DNA of 64,000 bases from Paracoccaceae bacterium (GCA_024742575.1 JANSYF010000002.1:17352-81351); one strand, 5' to 3'. Counted from the first letter of the stretch, positions 1-10,397 are shown. Program-made: numbers and translations. Notes: generated from the sequence alone by a model not told the origin.

Positions 1-480
1 GTGCGGCATGGCATGGGGTTTGTGCCGCAGACCTCGAACATCTTTACGTCGATGACGGTGGAAGAGAACCTCGAGATGGGGGCGTTCATCCGCGAAGATG
101 ATTTCCGCAAGACAATGGAACAGGTCTACGATCTATTCCCCATTCTGCGCGACAAGCGAAACCAACCCGCTGGCGAATTGTCGGGTGGACAGCGCCAGCA
201 AGTGGCCGTCGGTCGTGCCTTGATGACCCAGCCCAAGGTGCTGATGCTGGATGAGCCGACGGCGGGTGTGTCGCCCATCGTGATGGACGAGCTGTTCGAC
301 CGGATCATCGAAGTGGCACGTACGGGCATTTCCATTCTGATGGTGGAACAGAACGCGCGGCAGGCGCTGGAGATCGCGGACAAGGGGTATGTGCTGGTTC
401 AGGGTGCGAACGGCTATTCCGGCACCGGCAAGGATTTGCTGGCCGATCCGGATGTGCGTCGGTCGTTCCTCGGGGGTTAA
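1..480 (+). CDS. livF: Branched-chain amino acid ABC transporter ATP-binding subunit (LivF-like), 5'-truncated by window edge
   Basis: LSGGQRQ signature, Walker B LMLDEP, VEQN switch, C-terminal VRRSFLGG; Walker A lies outside the window. Confidence 0.85.
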   Translation: MRHGMGFVPQTSNIFTSMTVEENLEMGAFIREDDFRKTMEQVYDLFPILRDKRNQPAGELSGGQRQQVAVGRALMTQPKVLMLDEPTAGVSPIVMDELFDRIIEVARTGISILMVEQNARQALEIADKGYVLVQGANGYSGTGKDLLADPDVRRSFLGG

Positions 481-481
481 T

Positions 482-874
482 ATGCAGAAACGGCTCTACA
501 TCACTACGCTTTCGGCTTTTCTTTATTCGAGCCCAGTTCATGCGGAGATCGAGATCGTGTGCAATTTCAGCTTAATGACCAAATCGAGCGACGCGGTTGA
601 GAGTTCATTTCCGGGACCCATTACCGCCATTGGTTCGAACCTCCCACCACTGGTTGTGGAGCGGAAACCACATGAAGGGTTACTCGAAATTCCCGGCGAC
701 GAGGGTGTGCGGCATTTCTTGCTAGTTCAACAAAGCCGCGAAACGTTCGTCAGTATTGTCACTGTTCTGCCTGACGGGAGGGGTGTGAAAACATCGCATT
801 GGGGAGACCCCGCAAATTCTGACACAGAATTGCGATCAGACTCCGACGTAGGCACATGCGAGGTGATCGAATAA
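482..874 (+). CDS. Hypothetical small protein with possible signal peptide, inserted within the liv operon
   Basis: ATG 1 nt after livF stop; TAA overlaps next ATG (TAATG); MQKRLYITTLSAFLYSSPVHA resembles a signal peptide. Confidence 0.55.
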   Translation: MQKRLYITTLSAFLYSSPVHAEIEIVCNFSLMTKSSDAVESSFPGPITAIGSNLPPLVVERKPHEGLLEIPGDEGVRHFLLVQQSRETFVSIVTVLPDGRGVKTSHWGDPANSDTELRSDSDVGTCEVIE

Positions 875-1884
875 TGGATTTCCTGAACGGTATCGTGGCA
901 CTGGCCAATTTCGTCCTGATCCCAGCGATTGCCTATGGCAGCCAGTTGGCGCTGGGCGCGCTTGGGGTGACGCTGATCTACGGCATCCTGCGGTTTTCCA
1001 ACTTTGCCCATGGAGACACGATGGCGGTGGGCACAATGGTTACGGTGCTGGCCACATGGGGCTTGCAGGCGATGGGCGTCAGTCTTGGGCCGCTTCCGAC
1101 AGCATTGTTGGCGATCCCGGTAGGTATCCTCGGGGCCACCGCGCTGGTGCTGCTGACGGACAAGTATGTCTACAAGTTCTACCGCGCGCAAAAGGCCAAG
1201 CCGGTTATTCTTGTGATCGTGTCGATGGGGGTGATGTTTATCTACAATGGGTTCACGCGCATCATCATTGGGCCAGACGATTACCGCTTTGCAGATGGTG
1301 AACGGTTCGTGATTTCGGCACGGACGTTCCGCGAAATGACAGGACTTGCCGAGGGTCTTGCGTTGCGCACGACGCAGGTGATTACCGTAATCACTGCAGT
1401 GGTCGTGGTGGCCGCGCTTTTTTGGTTCCTGAATAAGACGCGCACTGGAAAGTCCATGCGGGCGTTTTCCGACAATGAGGATCTGGCGCTTTTGTCTGGC
1501 ATCAACCCCGAACGCGTCGTGTTGGTGACGTGGTTGATCGTGGCGTCGTTGGCCACAGTTGCAGGGGTTCTTTACGGGCTCGACAAATCATTCAAGGCCT
1601 TCACCTACTTTCAACTTTTGCTGCCAATCTTCGCTGCGGCCATTGTAGGAGGCTTGGGCAATCCGCTGGGTGCGATTGCAGGCGGATTTGTGATCGCGTT
1701 TTCGGAGGTGGGGATCACCTATGCGTGGAAAAAGGTCATGGTCTATCTAATGCCCCCTGCCCTTGAGCCGGACGGCTTGGTGCAGATCCTGAGCACAGAA
1801 TACAAATTTGCAGTCAGCTTTGTGATCCTTGTGATTGTGCTGCTGTTCCGACCGACCGGTCTGTTCCGGGGGAAATCGCTATGA
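874..1884 (+). CDS. livH: Branched-chain amino acid ABC transporter permease (LivH-like)
   Basis: ALGVTLIYGILRFSNFAHG and TRTGKSMRA motifs; multi-TM. Confidence 0.85.
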   Translation: MDFLNGIVALANFVLIPAIAYGSQLALGALGVTLIYGILRFSNFAHGDTMAVGTMVTVLATWGLQAMGVSLGPLPTALLAIPVGILGATALVLLTDKYVYKFYRAQKAKPVILVIVSMGVMFIYNGFTRIIIGPDDYRFADGERFVISARTFREMTGLAEGLALRTTQVITVITAVVVVAALFWFLNKTRTGKSMRAFSDNEDLALLSGINPERVVLVTWLIVASLATVAGVLYGLDKSFKAFTYFQLLLPIFAAAIVGGLGNPLGAIAGGFVIAFSEVGITYAWKKVMVYLMPPALEPDGLVQILSTEYKFAVSFVILVIVLLFRPTGLFRGKSL

Positions 1885-3170
1885 GAACTGTTCTGCTTTT
1901 CGCGGCTGTGGCCTGTCTCATACTGGGAACCGGGTTTCTGCAAAGCTGGAACTCTGCGTTGCTGATCCTGAACATGGGTTTGATCAGCGCTGTGATGGCG
2001 CTGGGCGTGAACCTGCAATGGGGGCTGGCGGGGCTGTTCAACGTTGGTGTTATGGGCTTTGTGGCGCTTGGCGGTTTGGCGGTTGTGCTGATTTCGATGC
2101 CGCCTGTGGGTGCTGCATGGCAGGCTGGTGGCGGCGGCATCCTGCTTGGCCTTGTGTTGGGCGCTGCGACCATTGTGGCGGCAGTGCTGTTCTGGGCGCG
2201 CACATCGGGCAAGCTGCGCGGCTGGGGCACAGCGGGGGTGATGCTGATCGGCATGGTGATCTACCGGATGGTGCTTGATCCTTCGGTCGAAGCGGTCGAA
2301 GCGGTGGATCCGGCGCTGGCGGGATACTTGGGCGGGTTGGGCCTGCCGGTGTTGCTGGCGTGGCCTGTCGGTGGCGTTCTGGCGGCGGGAGCGGCCTATG
2401 TGATCGGCAAGACGGCGCTGGGCTTGCGATCAGACTACCTAGCCATTGCGACGCTGGGGATTGCCGAAATCGTGATTGCCATCCTCAAGAACGAAGACTG
2501 GCTGGCGCGTGGGGTTAAGAACGTCATTGGCCTACCCCGTCCGGTGCCATACGAGGTCGATTTGCAAAACGATCCCGCCTTTGTGGAACGCGCAGCCGGC
2601 TTTGGGTTGGATGGGACAACGGCCTCGACGCTTTACGTCAAGATCGAATACGGGCTGCTGTTCGCGGCAGTGCTTATCGTGCTGCTGGTGCTGTCTCAGC
2701 TTGCCCTAAACAGCCCGTGGGGCCGGATGATGCGCGCCATCCGCGACAATGAAACCGCAGCCCGCGCAATGGGCAAGGATGTGACCGCGCGGCACCTACA
2801 GGTATTTGTGCTGGGTTCGGCCATTTGCGGCATCGCTGGCGCGATGATGACAACGCTGGACGGGCAATTGACGCCGGGAAGCTACCAACCGCTGCGCTAT
2901 ACTTTCTTGATCTGGGTGATGGTGATCGTCGGCGGATCGGGCAACAACCTAGGCGCGGTGCTGGGCGGGTTCCTGATCTGGTTCCTTTGGGTACAGGTGG
3001 AACCAATGGGCCATTTGCTGATGTCGCTGATTACAGCGGGTATGGCGGACGGGTCTTGGCTCAAGGCGCATCTTTTGGACAGCGTGCAGCATATGCGCCT
3101 GTTGACCATGGGAATCATCCTACTGCTGGTTCTACGGCTGAACCCCAGAGGGTTGTTGCCGGAACGCTAA
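1881..3170 (+). CDS. livM: Branched-chain amino acid ABC transporter permease (LivM-like)
   Basis: ALGVNLQWGLAGLFNVG, LRSDYLAIATLG, SPWGRMMRAIRDNE; ATGA coupling to the previous gene. Confidence 0.85.
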   Translation: MRTVLLFAAVACLILGTGFLQSWNSALLILNMGLISAVMALGVNLQWGLAGLFNVGVMGFVALGGLAVVLISMPPVGAAWQAGGGGILLGLVLGAATIVAAVLFWARTSGKLRGWGTAGVMLIGMVIYRMVLDPSVEAVEAVDPALAGYLGGLGLPVLLAWPVGGVLAAGAAYVIGKTALGLRSDYLAIATLGIAEIVIAILKNEDWLARGVKNVIGLPRPVPYEVDLQNDPAFVERAAGFGLDGTTASTLYVKIEYGLLFAAVLIVLLVLSQLALNSPWGRMMRAIRDNETAARAMGKDVTARHLQVFVLGSAICGIAGAMMTTLDGQLTPGSYQPLRYTFLIWVMVIVGGSGNNLGAVLGGFLIWFLWVQVEPMGHLLMSLITAGMADGSWLKAHLLDSVQHMRLLTMGIILLLVLRLNPRGLLPER

Positions 3171-3291
3171 TTGACCTCCGCGTCGTATGAGACCTTTCGC
3201 CAAGAGACGGCGCGGAGATATGCCCTTAGTCTGACCTTACAGGCAGATGTTCGCCGCGTTTGCCTTACTGATGGCAGAAGAGAGCAGTCCC

Positions 3292-3975
3292 ATGCGTGAC
3301 ATTCCAACAACCGAGCTGACCGCACTTGTGGTGGATGACCATCCACTTTTTTGCGATGCGCTAATGTTGACGCTCCGCTCGATCGCCGATTTTGCTGAAA
3401 TTCAAACCGCCGGCACAATGGACGCCGCACTGGACAAAGTTAGCACTGATACAGATTTTGACCTCGTTCTGCTTGATCTGAACTTGCCGGATGTCAACGG
3501 ACTGGACGGATTGGTACGATTGCGAACTGCGGCACCGAAATCCACCATCCTCATCGTGTCATCTATGGCAGATAACCGTATGATCAGCCATGCGCTTAAA
3601 GCTGGAGCAAATGGGTTTGTACCCAAGCACTCACAGCGCGCGGTGTTTCGCAAAGCGTTTGATGCGGTACGCGAGGGGCAATCCTTTGTGCCAGACGGCT
3701 ACATTGACCCTCAGGGACAGGACACAGGCCGCGATGCACCGGAAGAAGCACTATCGCGTCTGGCATCGCTTACCAATCAGCAGGCCCGGATTCTTAATCT
3801 GATCTGCGAAGGTAAGCTGAACAAACAGATCGCATTTGATCTGTCGATTGCCGAAACCACTGTAAAAGCACATGTCACAGCCATCATGCGCAAGCTGGGG
3901 GTACACAGCCGGACGCAGGCGGTGCTCATCGCACAAGAGGCCCGCTTCAACCGAGTCTTGCCAAGCGACGCATGA
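3292..3975 (+). CDS. NarL/LuxR-family response regulator
   Basis: REC (VVDDHPL, LLDLNLP) plus LuxR HTH (LTNQQ..GKLNKQIAFDLSIAETTVKAHV); alternative start at 3271. Confidence 0.9.
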   Translation: MRDIPTTELTALVVDDHPLFCDALMLTLRSIADFAEIQTAGTMDAALDKVSTDTDFDLVLLDLNLPDVNGLDGLVRLRTAAPKSTILIVSSMADNRMISHALKAGANGFVPKHSQRAVFRKAFDAVREGQSFVPDGYIDPQGQDTGRDAPEEALSRLASLTNQQARILNLICEGKLNKQIAFDLSIAETTVKAHVTAIMRKLGVHSRTQAVLIAQEARFNRVLPSDA

Positions 3976-4017
3976 TCCTCCTATCATCCACGACAGCCAA
4001 CACGTGGGAACCAAAGA

Positions 4018-5214
4018 ATGGAAGGAAGCCAGGTTTTTCCTGAGGCCGAACGTTCTGAGACCGCCGTGGAGGTCATAGCAGTTGCGCAAGTGCGTTGCGA
4101 TGACCCCGACTCTGCAGACCAAATAGTCAGACAACTTGGACCGGGACCTTTCGAGCTTGTCTGTCTGTTTGTGTCTCCGGAGGCGGATTTCACGGCGTTG
4201 GTCAATGCCACCGCACACCTGTTTGGGGACGCGGACGTTTTGGCGTGCACAACAGCCGGAGAAATCGGGCGCGCGGGCTATGAGGAAGACCAAATCATTG
4301 CGGTCGCCTTTCGCAAAAAACACTTTAAAGCCCTGACATATGCAATTGAAGACCTTGATAAAATAGAAGAACAGGCCGTCGCAGACGCATTGATCCAAGC
4401 GCGACTGACGCTGACCCAGAAAACCCAAGACTGGAGTTCTGAATTCGCATTCCTGATGGTGGATGGTCTTAGCCTGCGCGAAGAGCAACTGACCGCATTC
4501 CTGTCTGCTGGTCTGGGGCCAACACCGTTGTTTGGCGGATCGTCTGGGGATGGGACGCGCTTTGGCCAGACATGGCTCGCACGGAATGGCGATGTCCTTC
4601 AAAACGCGGCGATCGTTGTTGTGGTGCGCTGTGACAGGCCGGTAAGAGTGTTCAGCCTTGATCACCTCGTGCCGACCGAGCAGCGAATGGTGGTGACGTC
4701 GGCATCCCCCGAAGAGCGAATTGTGCACGAGATCAACGCAGAGCCGGCTGCACTTGAATACGCCCGCCTGTTGGGATTGGATCCGCATCAACTGGACCAA
4801 TTCACCTTTGCAGAACACCCGGTGGTCGTGCGCCTGGGAGATGCGCACCACGTCCGCGCCATTCAGCAGGTCAAGGAAAACCACGATCTGGTGTTCTTTT
4901 CGGCCATCAACGAAGGAATGGTCCTGACGTTGGCAACCCATGATGACATCGTCGCCCATCTGGACCGAGGGCTGAGCGACTTGGGTAAACTTGACAAGCC
5001 CGAGTTCATCTTGGGCTGCGATTGCATCCTACGCCGAATTGAGGCGGGGCGTTTGCAAAAAGCGCGTGCCGTTTCGGACGTGCTAAGTGCACATCACGTT
5101 GTAGGGTTCTCCACCTACGGCGAACAGATCGGTGCCTTGCATGTGAACCAGACCTTAACTGGCGTGGCGATCTACCCCCCATCCATCGACGAGGCCACCA
5201 GTGTCCCTGATTGA
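4018..5214 (+). CDS. FIST N/C-domain sensory protein (NosP/GfdT-like)
   Basis: CTTAGEI, LFGGSSGD, GCDCILRR, GFSTYGEQ..HVNQT motifs of FIST proteins. Confidence 0.85.
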   Translation: MEGSQVFPEAERSETAVEVIAVAQVRCDDPDSADQIVRQLGPGPFELVCLFVSPEADFTALVNATAHLFGDADVLACTTAGEIGRAGYEEDQIIAVAFRKKHFKALTYAIEDLDKIEEQAVADALIQARLTLTQKTQDWSSEFAFLMVDGLSLREEQLTAFLSAGLGPTPLFGGSSGDGTRFGQTWLARNGDVLQNAAIVVVVRCDRPVRVFSLDHLVPTEQRMVVTSASPEERIVHEINAEPAALEYARLLGLDPHQLDQFTFAEHPVVVRLGDAHHVRAIQQVKENHDLVFFSAINEGMVLTLATHDDIVAHLDRGLSDLGKLDKPEFILGCDCILRRIEAGRLQKARAVSDVLSAHHVVGFSTYGEQIGALHVNQTLTGVAIYPPSIDEATSVPD

Positions 5215-7411
5215 CCCCAGTGACAGTTTAGAACGCCAGAACGAGAAGCTGCTCAAGATTGCCGATAGTCTGATGCGGCGAGTTGAATATGGCACATCGC
5301 AGTCCGGCGCCGCCTATGCTCAGTTTGAACGCGCTGCATTGCTGGAAAAACGTGTTCGCGAACGGACGCTTGAGCTTGAGCGGACTCTGGATCTTTTGCA
5401 TGACGCAAATGCCCAGCTTGGCCGCGCAAATGCCGAGACCGAAGCGGCGCGCCGGAACTTGGCGGATGCGATTAAGACAATTTCAGAAGGTTTTGCGCTG
5501 TTTGATCCAAACGATGATCTCGTGATGTGCAACTCGCGTTTTTGCCGTGATTTCCGGGATACGGCGAACGATCTGAAACCCGGTCTGGCGTTTGATAGCT
5601 ACGTGGATCGGGTCAGCCGGTCCGAATATCTGCACCTCCCTGAGCATCAGGACCGAAACACTTGGGCCAAACTGCGCCGTCAACGCCATAAGGACCGACG
5701 GGTGATGTTCAACGTGCAACTGACCCACGATCGGTGGTTGCAGGTGTCAGAACACCGCACGGCCAACGGTGGAACGGTGGTTTTACAGACCGACATCACC
5801 GACATCATGCGGGTCGAGCGGCAGGAACAAGCCAAGCTGCGAGACAAACAGACACGAATGATCCGTGCTACCTTGGACCACCTGAATCAGGGTGTGTGCA
5901 TATTCGACGAAAACGCACAACTGGTGGGCTGGAACCAAAAACTGGGCAGCCTGCTGTCGATTCCCGCGCGTCGGCTGCGCATTGGTGCATCATTCATCGG
6001 GCTATTGGATGATCTGGATGACACGTTCCAATTCACCCGAGGAATCGACAGAACGTCTTTCCGGCGTTGGGCGACCTCGGAAGGTTTGCGCCAACCGGTG
6101 TCTTTTGAAGTGCAACGTGGTGACAACATCGTACTTCACATCTTTGGGCGCGCGATGCCGGACCGGGGATTTGTGATTTCGTGTACGGACGTCACCGCGG
6201 AACGCGAGGCAGCACAAAAACTTTACGAATTGAACGAGATCCTTGAACAGCGGGTTATGGAACGCACGTTGGAACTGGAGGATGCGTTGAGTGCGGCCGA
6301 GCGGGCAAACGCATCCAAATCCCGCTTTGTGGCCGCAGCAAGCCACGACCTGCTTCAGCCCCTATCGGCGGCCAAACTTTTTATGGCGTCACTATCCGAC
6401 AAGATCGAGACACCCAACGAACAAGCTGTGTTGGCCAAAGCTGAAACCGCCTTGGGCGCAGCGGAACAAATTATCGACGCGCTGCTTAACATTTCAAAGC
6501 TGGAATCCGATGGATTGAGCTTTGACATCCGCCCCGTGGCACTGCGCGAAATCTTCGATCCTTTGCGTGATGAGATGGAAATGATGGCCGAGAAAAACGG
6601 CCTGACTTTGCGGATTGTCGACAGCTCGCACGTGGTCGAGTCCGATCCAGCTTATCTGCGGCGGATCGTACAAAACCTGCTGACCAACGCTATTCGGTAT
6701 ACTGATACGGGTCGGGTGGTCGTCGGCGCGCGTCGCAATGGTGACTCCGCGCGAATTGAAGTCTGGGACACTGGGCCGGGCATCGCCGAGGAGGATCAGA
6801 ACTCGATCTTCGAAGAATTCCGCCGACTGGACACCAAAGCCAGCAACAATGATGGTCTCGGGCTCGGTCTGGCCATTGTAGAACGCGCGTGTGCCCGGTT
6901 GGGACATCCGCTTGGCTTGTGGTCTGAACCGGGGCGTGGGTCGTGCTTTATGCTAAACGTGCCGCTTGCAAGGCACGCACAGCCACACATGCCTGTCAAA
7001 TCAAGCAGTGCGTCGGCCATGAACCTGCTGAAATCGGGGTTGATTGTCTTGCTTGTGGAAAACGATCCGCAATTGCGCCGTGCGATGTCCATCTTGATTG
7101 AAAGCTGGGGCGTCAGCGTCATTGAAAGCGAAAACGCCGAAGACGCGCTGGACTTGATGGAAGACCTTCAAATCACACCTGATGCGTTGTTGTTGGATTA
7201 CCAATTGGGCGAAGGTGCTTCTGGAACAGAGCTGTACGAAGAGCTGACACGCAGGTTGGGTCGCCTGCCCTGTGCCATCGTATCCGCAGAGCGGTCGTCA
7301 CACTTACGGCAGGAAACAAAGCGCCTTGAGATAGAGTTGCTTCTGAAACCTTTGGATCGGGCAAAGCTGGTCGAATTCCTGCACGCGGCCGCGCGAGAAA
7401 TCGCAAGCTGA
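5201..7411 (+). CDS. PAS-domain hybrid sensor histidine kinase/receiver (NahK/ErcS-like)
   Basis: Two PAS-like regions, H-box AASHDLLQP, N-box NLLTNAIRY, G-boxes DTGPGI/GLGLGL, C-terminal REC (LLDYQL); no TM segments. Confidence 0.9.
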   Translation: MSLIDPSDSLERQNEKLLKIADSLMRRVEYGTSQSGAAYAQFERAALLEKRVRERTLELERTLDLLHDANAQLGRANAETEAARRNLADAIKTISEGFALFDPNDDLVMCNSRFCRDFRDTANDLKPGLAFDSYVDRVSRSEYLHLPEHQDRNTWAKLRRQRHKDRRVMFNVQLTHDRWLQVSEHRTANGGTVVLQTDITDIMRVERQEQAKLRDKQTRMIRATLDHLNQGVCIFDENAQLVGWNQKLGSLLSIPARRLRIGASFIGLLDDLDDTFQFTRGIDRTSFRRWATSEGLRQPVSFEVQRGDNIVLHIFGRAMPDRGFVISCTDVTAEREAAQKLYELNEILEQRVMERTLELEDALSAAERANASKSRFVAAASHDLLQPLSAAKLFMASLSDKIETPNEQAVLAKAETALGAAEQIIDALLNISKLESDGLSFDIRPVALREIFDPLRDEMEMMAEKNGLTLRIVDSSHVVESDPAYLRRIVQNLLTNAIRYTDTGRVVVGARRNGDSARIEVWDTGPGIAEEDQNSIFEEFRRLDTKASNNDGLGLGLAIVERACARLGHPLGLWSEPGRGSCFMLNVPLARHAQPHMPVKSSSASAMNLLKSGLIVLLVENDPQLRRAMSILIESWGVSVIESENAEDALDLMEDLQITPDALLLDYQLGEGASGTELYEELTRRLGRLPCAIVSAERSSHLRQETKRLEIELLLKPLDRAKLVEFLHAAAREIAS

Positions 7412-7414
7412 TCG

Positions 7415-7861
7415 CTACTCCGCCACCTTTTTTTCGGCACTGATGCCCGGCGCGACGAGATAGTCCTTCACCCGTTCCGCAATGGTGTCAGGCCAGCGCC
7501 GCGTCCGCAAAGCAACCGCCTCGGACAACACCAAGGTTCCCGTGATTGTCACACGGCTTTCCGCCCCTGTCGTTGCAGACAGTTCCAGCCACATGCTGCT
7601 TCGGCGCAATTCACGTACAGACAGGCGCCATGTCAGTCGGTCACCCAAACGACTGGGGGCCGGAAATTCAGCGCTGATATTTACAAAAGGCAACGACAGA
7701 CCATCGCTGCCTTGGATCTGGCTCATCGGCCAATCTAGCGCCTCATCAAGCCAATTTTCGATAACGGTGTGCACCATTTCGAAATATCGAGGAAGGAAGA
7801 CAATGCCAGAAGGTTCGCAATCGCGAAGCATGACATCGTGAACATATTGATATGCCGGCAT
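7415..7861 (-). CDS. Acyl-CoA thioesterase, 4HBT hotdog family
   Basis: DCEPSGIVFLPRYF resembles the DCDPAGIVFYPRYF motif; F.APSRLGD. Confidence 0.75.
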   Translation of the reverse strand: MPAYQYVHDVMLRDCEPSGIVFLPRYFEMVHTVIENWLDEALDWPMSQIQGSDGLSLPFVNISAEFPAPSRLGDRLTWRLSVRELRRSSMWLELSATTGAESRVTITGTLVLSEAVALRTRRWPDTIAERVKDYLVAPGISAEKKVAE

Positions 7862-8024
7862 TCCGGTTCGTCCTGTGATCGTCGCACTCGTCTGTTCGAA
7901 ACAGCCAATTTCGCATTAGTATGCCAATGTATTCCAGAAGAACGATGCTCTTTTCAACAATTTTAGTCACGAACGCTCATTTCTGAGGCGCGACAAAAGT
8001 CGTAGATAAGAATTCGAACCAGGC

Positions 8025-9323
8025 TTACCGCGCTACAACAATATCCGCGCGTAGACCGCCCATGCTTTCGCTTTTGCCCAGTCGCAGCACCCCACCATGT
8101 GCCCGCGCAATATCAGCGGCGATGGCCAGACCTAATCCAACGCCCGACCCCTTGTCCTGATTTCGGGCCGGGTCCAACCGCACAAAAGGGCGCAGCGCCG
8201 CATCACGCTGGTCTGTCGCAATACCGGGGCCATCGTCCTCGATACGGATGCGTAGCGACTTTTCTGTCAAAACCACAGACACCTCGCACCGCGAACCATA
8301 GCGTTCAGCATTGCCGATCAAGTTCTCAATCGCGCGGCGCATCGCCATCTGACGCAACATCACACGCCCTGCCCCCAACGTTTCCACCAAGCGCACCGGA
8401 GTACCACTGCGCGAGCAATCGTTTACAACGCGCTGCACAAAATCTGGAATGTCCGTCGCTTCAGGTTGGGCACTGTCGGCGTTGCCCCGCGCGAAATCAA
8501 GGAAGGCGTCGATCAGTTTTTGCATGTCGTCAATATCACGTTCAAGCGGTTCGCGATCATCATCCTCCAGCATAGATACGGCCAGCCGCAACCGTGTGAG
8601 TGGCGTCCGCAGATCATGGCTGATCCCCGAAAGCATCATCGTGCGCTGTTCAATCTGGCGTTCGATCCGGGCCCGCATGTCAAGAAACGCGTGCCCGGCC
8701 GAGCGAACCTCAACAGCACCCGACGGGGAATACGGCACATGCCGCCCACGTCCAAAGGCCTCGGCGGCCTGTGCAAGCCGGGTGATGGGGCGCAACTGAT
8801 TGCGCAGATAGAGGTACGCAATCACCGTGAGCAACGCGCCAAACACCACCATGTTGACCAGCAATTGGTGCGGATTCGACGCAGACGCCCGTTCGCGATC
8901 AAACTCGATAAGGGTAAGTGGCCCGTCACCCCGCTGGACCCAGACCAACACTGTCCAGTCATCAACCAGATGCGCGCGTTCAAAGCCAATCACATAAGTT
9001 CTCAATGTGCGGATAACGACGATGCCAGAAAAATCGTACCAGCGACGCAGATCGCGATCCGGAACCTCGTCCGACGAGGTCGGAAGAAAATCAAACCTCA
9101 GCGCGTCGTTGATGCCTTCATCTTGTTCCCGCTTCGGATCCAGCGTGGCGTTGATCTGACGTGCAATTTCGCGGCTCATTTGTTCGGTGACGCCTTCGAA
9201 ATGACGCTGGACAAAAACCACAGACACGACCAATTGCAGCGCAACCACAGGGAGGAGCAGGATAAGTGCCGCGCGTCCATAAAGCCCGCGCGGCATGTAG
9301 CGTTTGAGCCATTCGAATGTCAT
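8025..9323 (-). CDS. EnvZ-like membrane sensor histidine kinase (HAMP-HisKA-HATPase), no adjacent regulator
   Basis: 2 TMs, HAMP, SHDLRTPLTR, NLIGNA, DDGPGI, GVGLGL. Confidence 0.88.
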   Translation of the reverse strand: MTFEWLKRYMPRGLYGRAALILLLPVVALQLVVSVVFVQRHFEGVTEQMSREIARQINATLDPKREQDEGINDALRFDFLPTSSDEVPDRDLRRWYDFSGIVVIRTLRTYVIGFERAHLVDDWTVLVWVQRGDGPLTLIEFDRERASASNPHQLLVNMVVFGALLTVIAYLYLRNQLRPITRLAQAAEAFGRGRHVPYSPSGAVEVRSAGHAFLDMRARIERQIEQRTMMLSGISHDLRTPLTRLRLAVSMLEDDDREPLERDIDDMQKLIDAFLDFARGNADSAQPEATDIPDFVQRVVNDCSRSGTPVRLVETLGAGRVMLRQMAMRRAIENLIGNAERYGSRCEVSVVLTEKSLRIRIEDDGPGIATDQRDAALRPFVRLDPARNQDKGSGVGLGLAIAADIARAHGGVLRLGKSESMGGLRADIVVAR

Positions 9324-9412
9324 GCGGTGACGCTACTCTACCAGATCGTAAAACGGAACGTCCCCGCGCGACAGGGATTGCATTTCCCAAGCGACACTGA
9401 TGCTGTAGCCCC

Positions 9413-10327
9413 ATGATGCAAGATCCTCAGCCCGATTTTCGCCCTGAACCCGGTGTTGCCGAACCCCTATCGCCGGGTTTGCGTCGTGTGCTTGCCCCGA
9501 ATCCTTCACCGATGACCTTTCGTGGCACCAACACTTACCTGCTGGGAGACAGTGATCTTGCAGTTATCGATCCCGGACCGGACGACGCCAAACACCTGAA
9601 CGCCATCCTTCAAGCAATTGGTTCTGATACGGTTTCCGCTGTGTTTGTCACGCATGCGCATGTCGATCATTCGCCCTTGTCACGCAAACTGGCCGACCAC
9701 GTGAACGCGCCAATCTATGCGTTCTCGAACGCATCAGGAGGGCGCAGCTCGGTTATGCAGCACCTCGCAAAAAGTGGTCTTGTTGGGGGTGGCGAAGGGG
9801 TGGATGCAACGTTCCAACCCGACGTCCAGCTTGCCGATGGGGACGTTGTGAGTGGCGACGGTTGGAACCTGCGGGCGATTCACACGCCCGGTCATTTCGG
9901 CAACCATCTCAGCTTTGCTTGGGGCGATGTTTTGTTCTGCGGCGATCTGGTGATGGGATGGGCCAGTTCACTTGTCTCTCCGCCAGATGGCGATCTGACA
10001 GATTTCATGGGGTCTTGTCGGCGATTACAATCCGAACGCTGGTCAGTTTTCCATTCGGGACATGGCGCACCGATTGAAGACCCTGCTGCACGGCTGGACT
10101 GGCTGATTTCACATCGGTTGGCCCGCGAGGCCGCTGTGCTTAAGGCTTTGCAGAGGGGCCCGGCCACAAGCGCCGCCCTCGCCGCGCAGATCTACACCGA
10201 TACACCCGCAGCGCTTATTCCCGCCGCTGCTCGAAATGTTCTGGCGCATCTCATTGATCTACATGGGAAAACCTTGGTTTCTCCGATTGGAGAACTGCAC
10301 GCGGATGCACAATTCGTCCTGACGTGA
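9413..10327 (+). CDS. MBL-fold metallo-hydrolase (LACTB2-like) with C-terminal winged helix
   Basis: APNPSPMTFRGTNTY, THAHVDH, HTPGH, SGHG. Confidence 0.85.
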   Translation: MMQDPQPDFRPEPGVAEPLSPGLRRVLAPNPSPMTFRGTNTYLLGDSDLAVIDPGPDDAKHLNAILQAIGSDTVSAVFVTHAHVDHSPLSRKLADHVNAPIYAFSNASGGRSSVMQHLAKSGLVGGGEGVDATFQPDVQLADGDVVSGDGWNLRAIHTPGHFGNHLSFAWGDVLFCGDLVMGWASSLVSPPDGDLTDFMGSCRRLQSERWSVFHSGHGAPIEDPAARLDWLISHRLAREAAVLKALQRGPATSAALAAQIYTDTPAALIPAAARNVLAHLIDLHGKTLVSPIGELHADAQFVLT

Positions 10328-10397
10328 CGGCGATTACATTTTTTTCATAAAACCCTCTGGACGCGGTCCTGCACTGTTGCTAAACCCCGCCTCGTGT

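Noticed and set aside
3751-4959. 402-aa - strand ORF (similarly 8466-9416, 26248-27207, 34042-35322, 40167-41102, 55153-56070, 58823-59962, 60382-61407)
   Set aside because: All lie antisense to well-supported genes and have no domain signatures.
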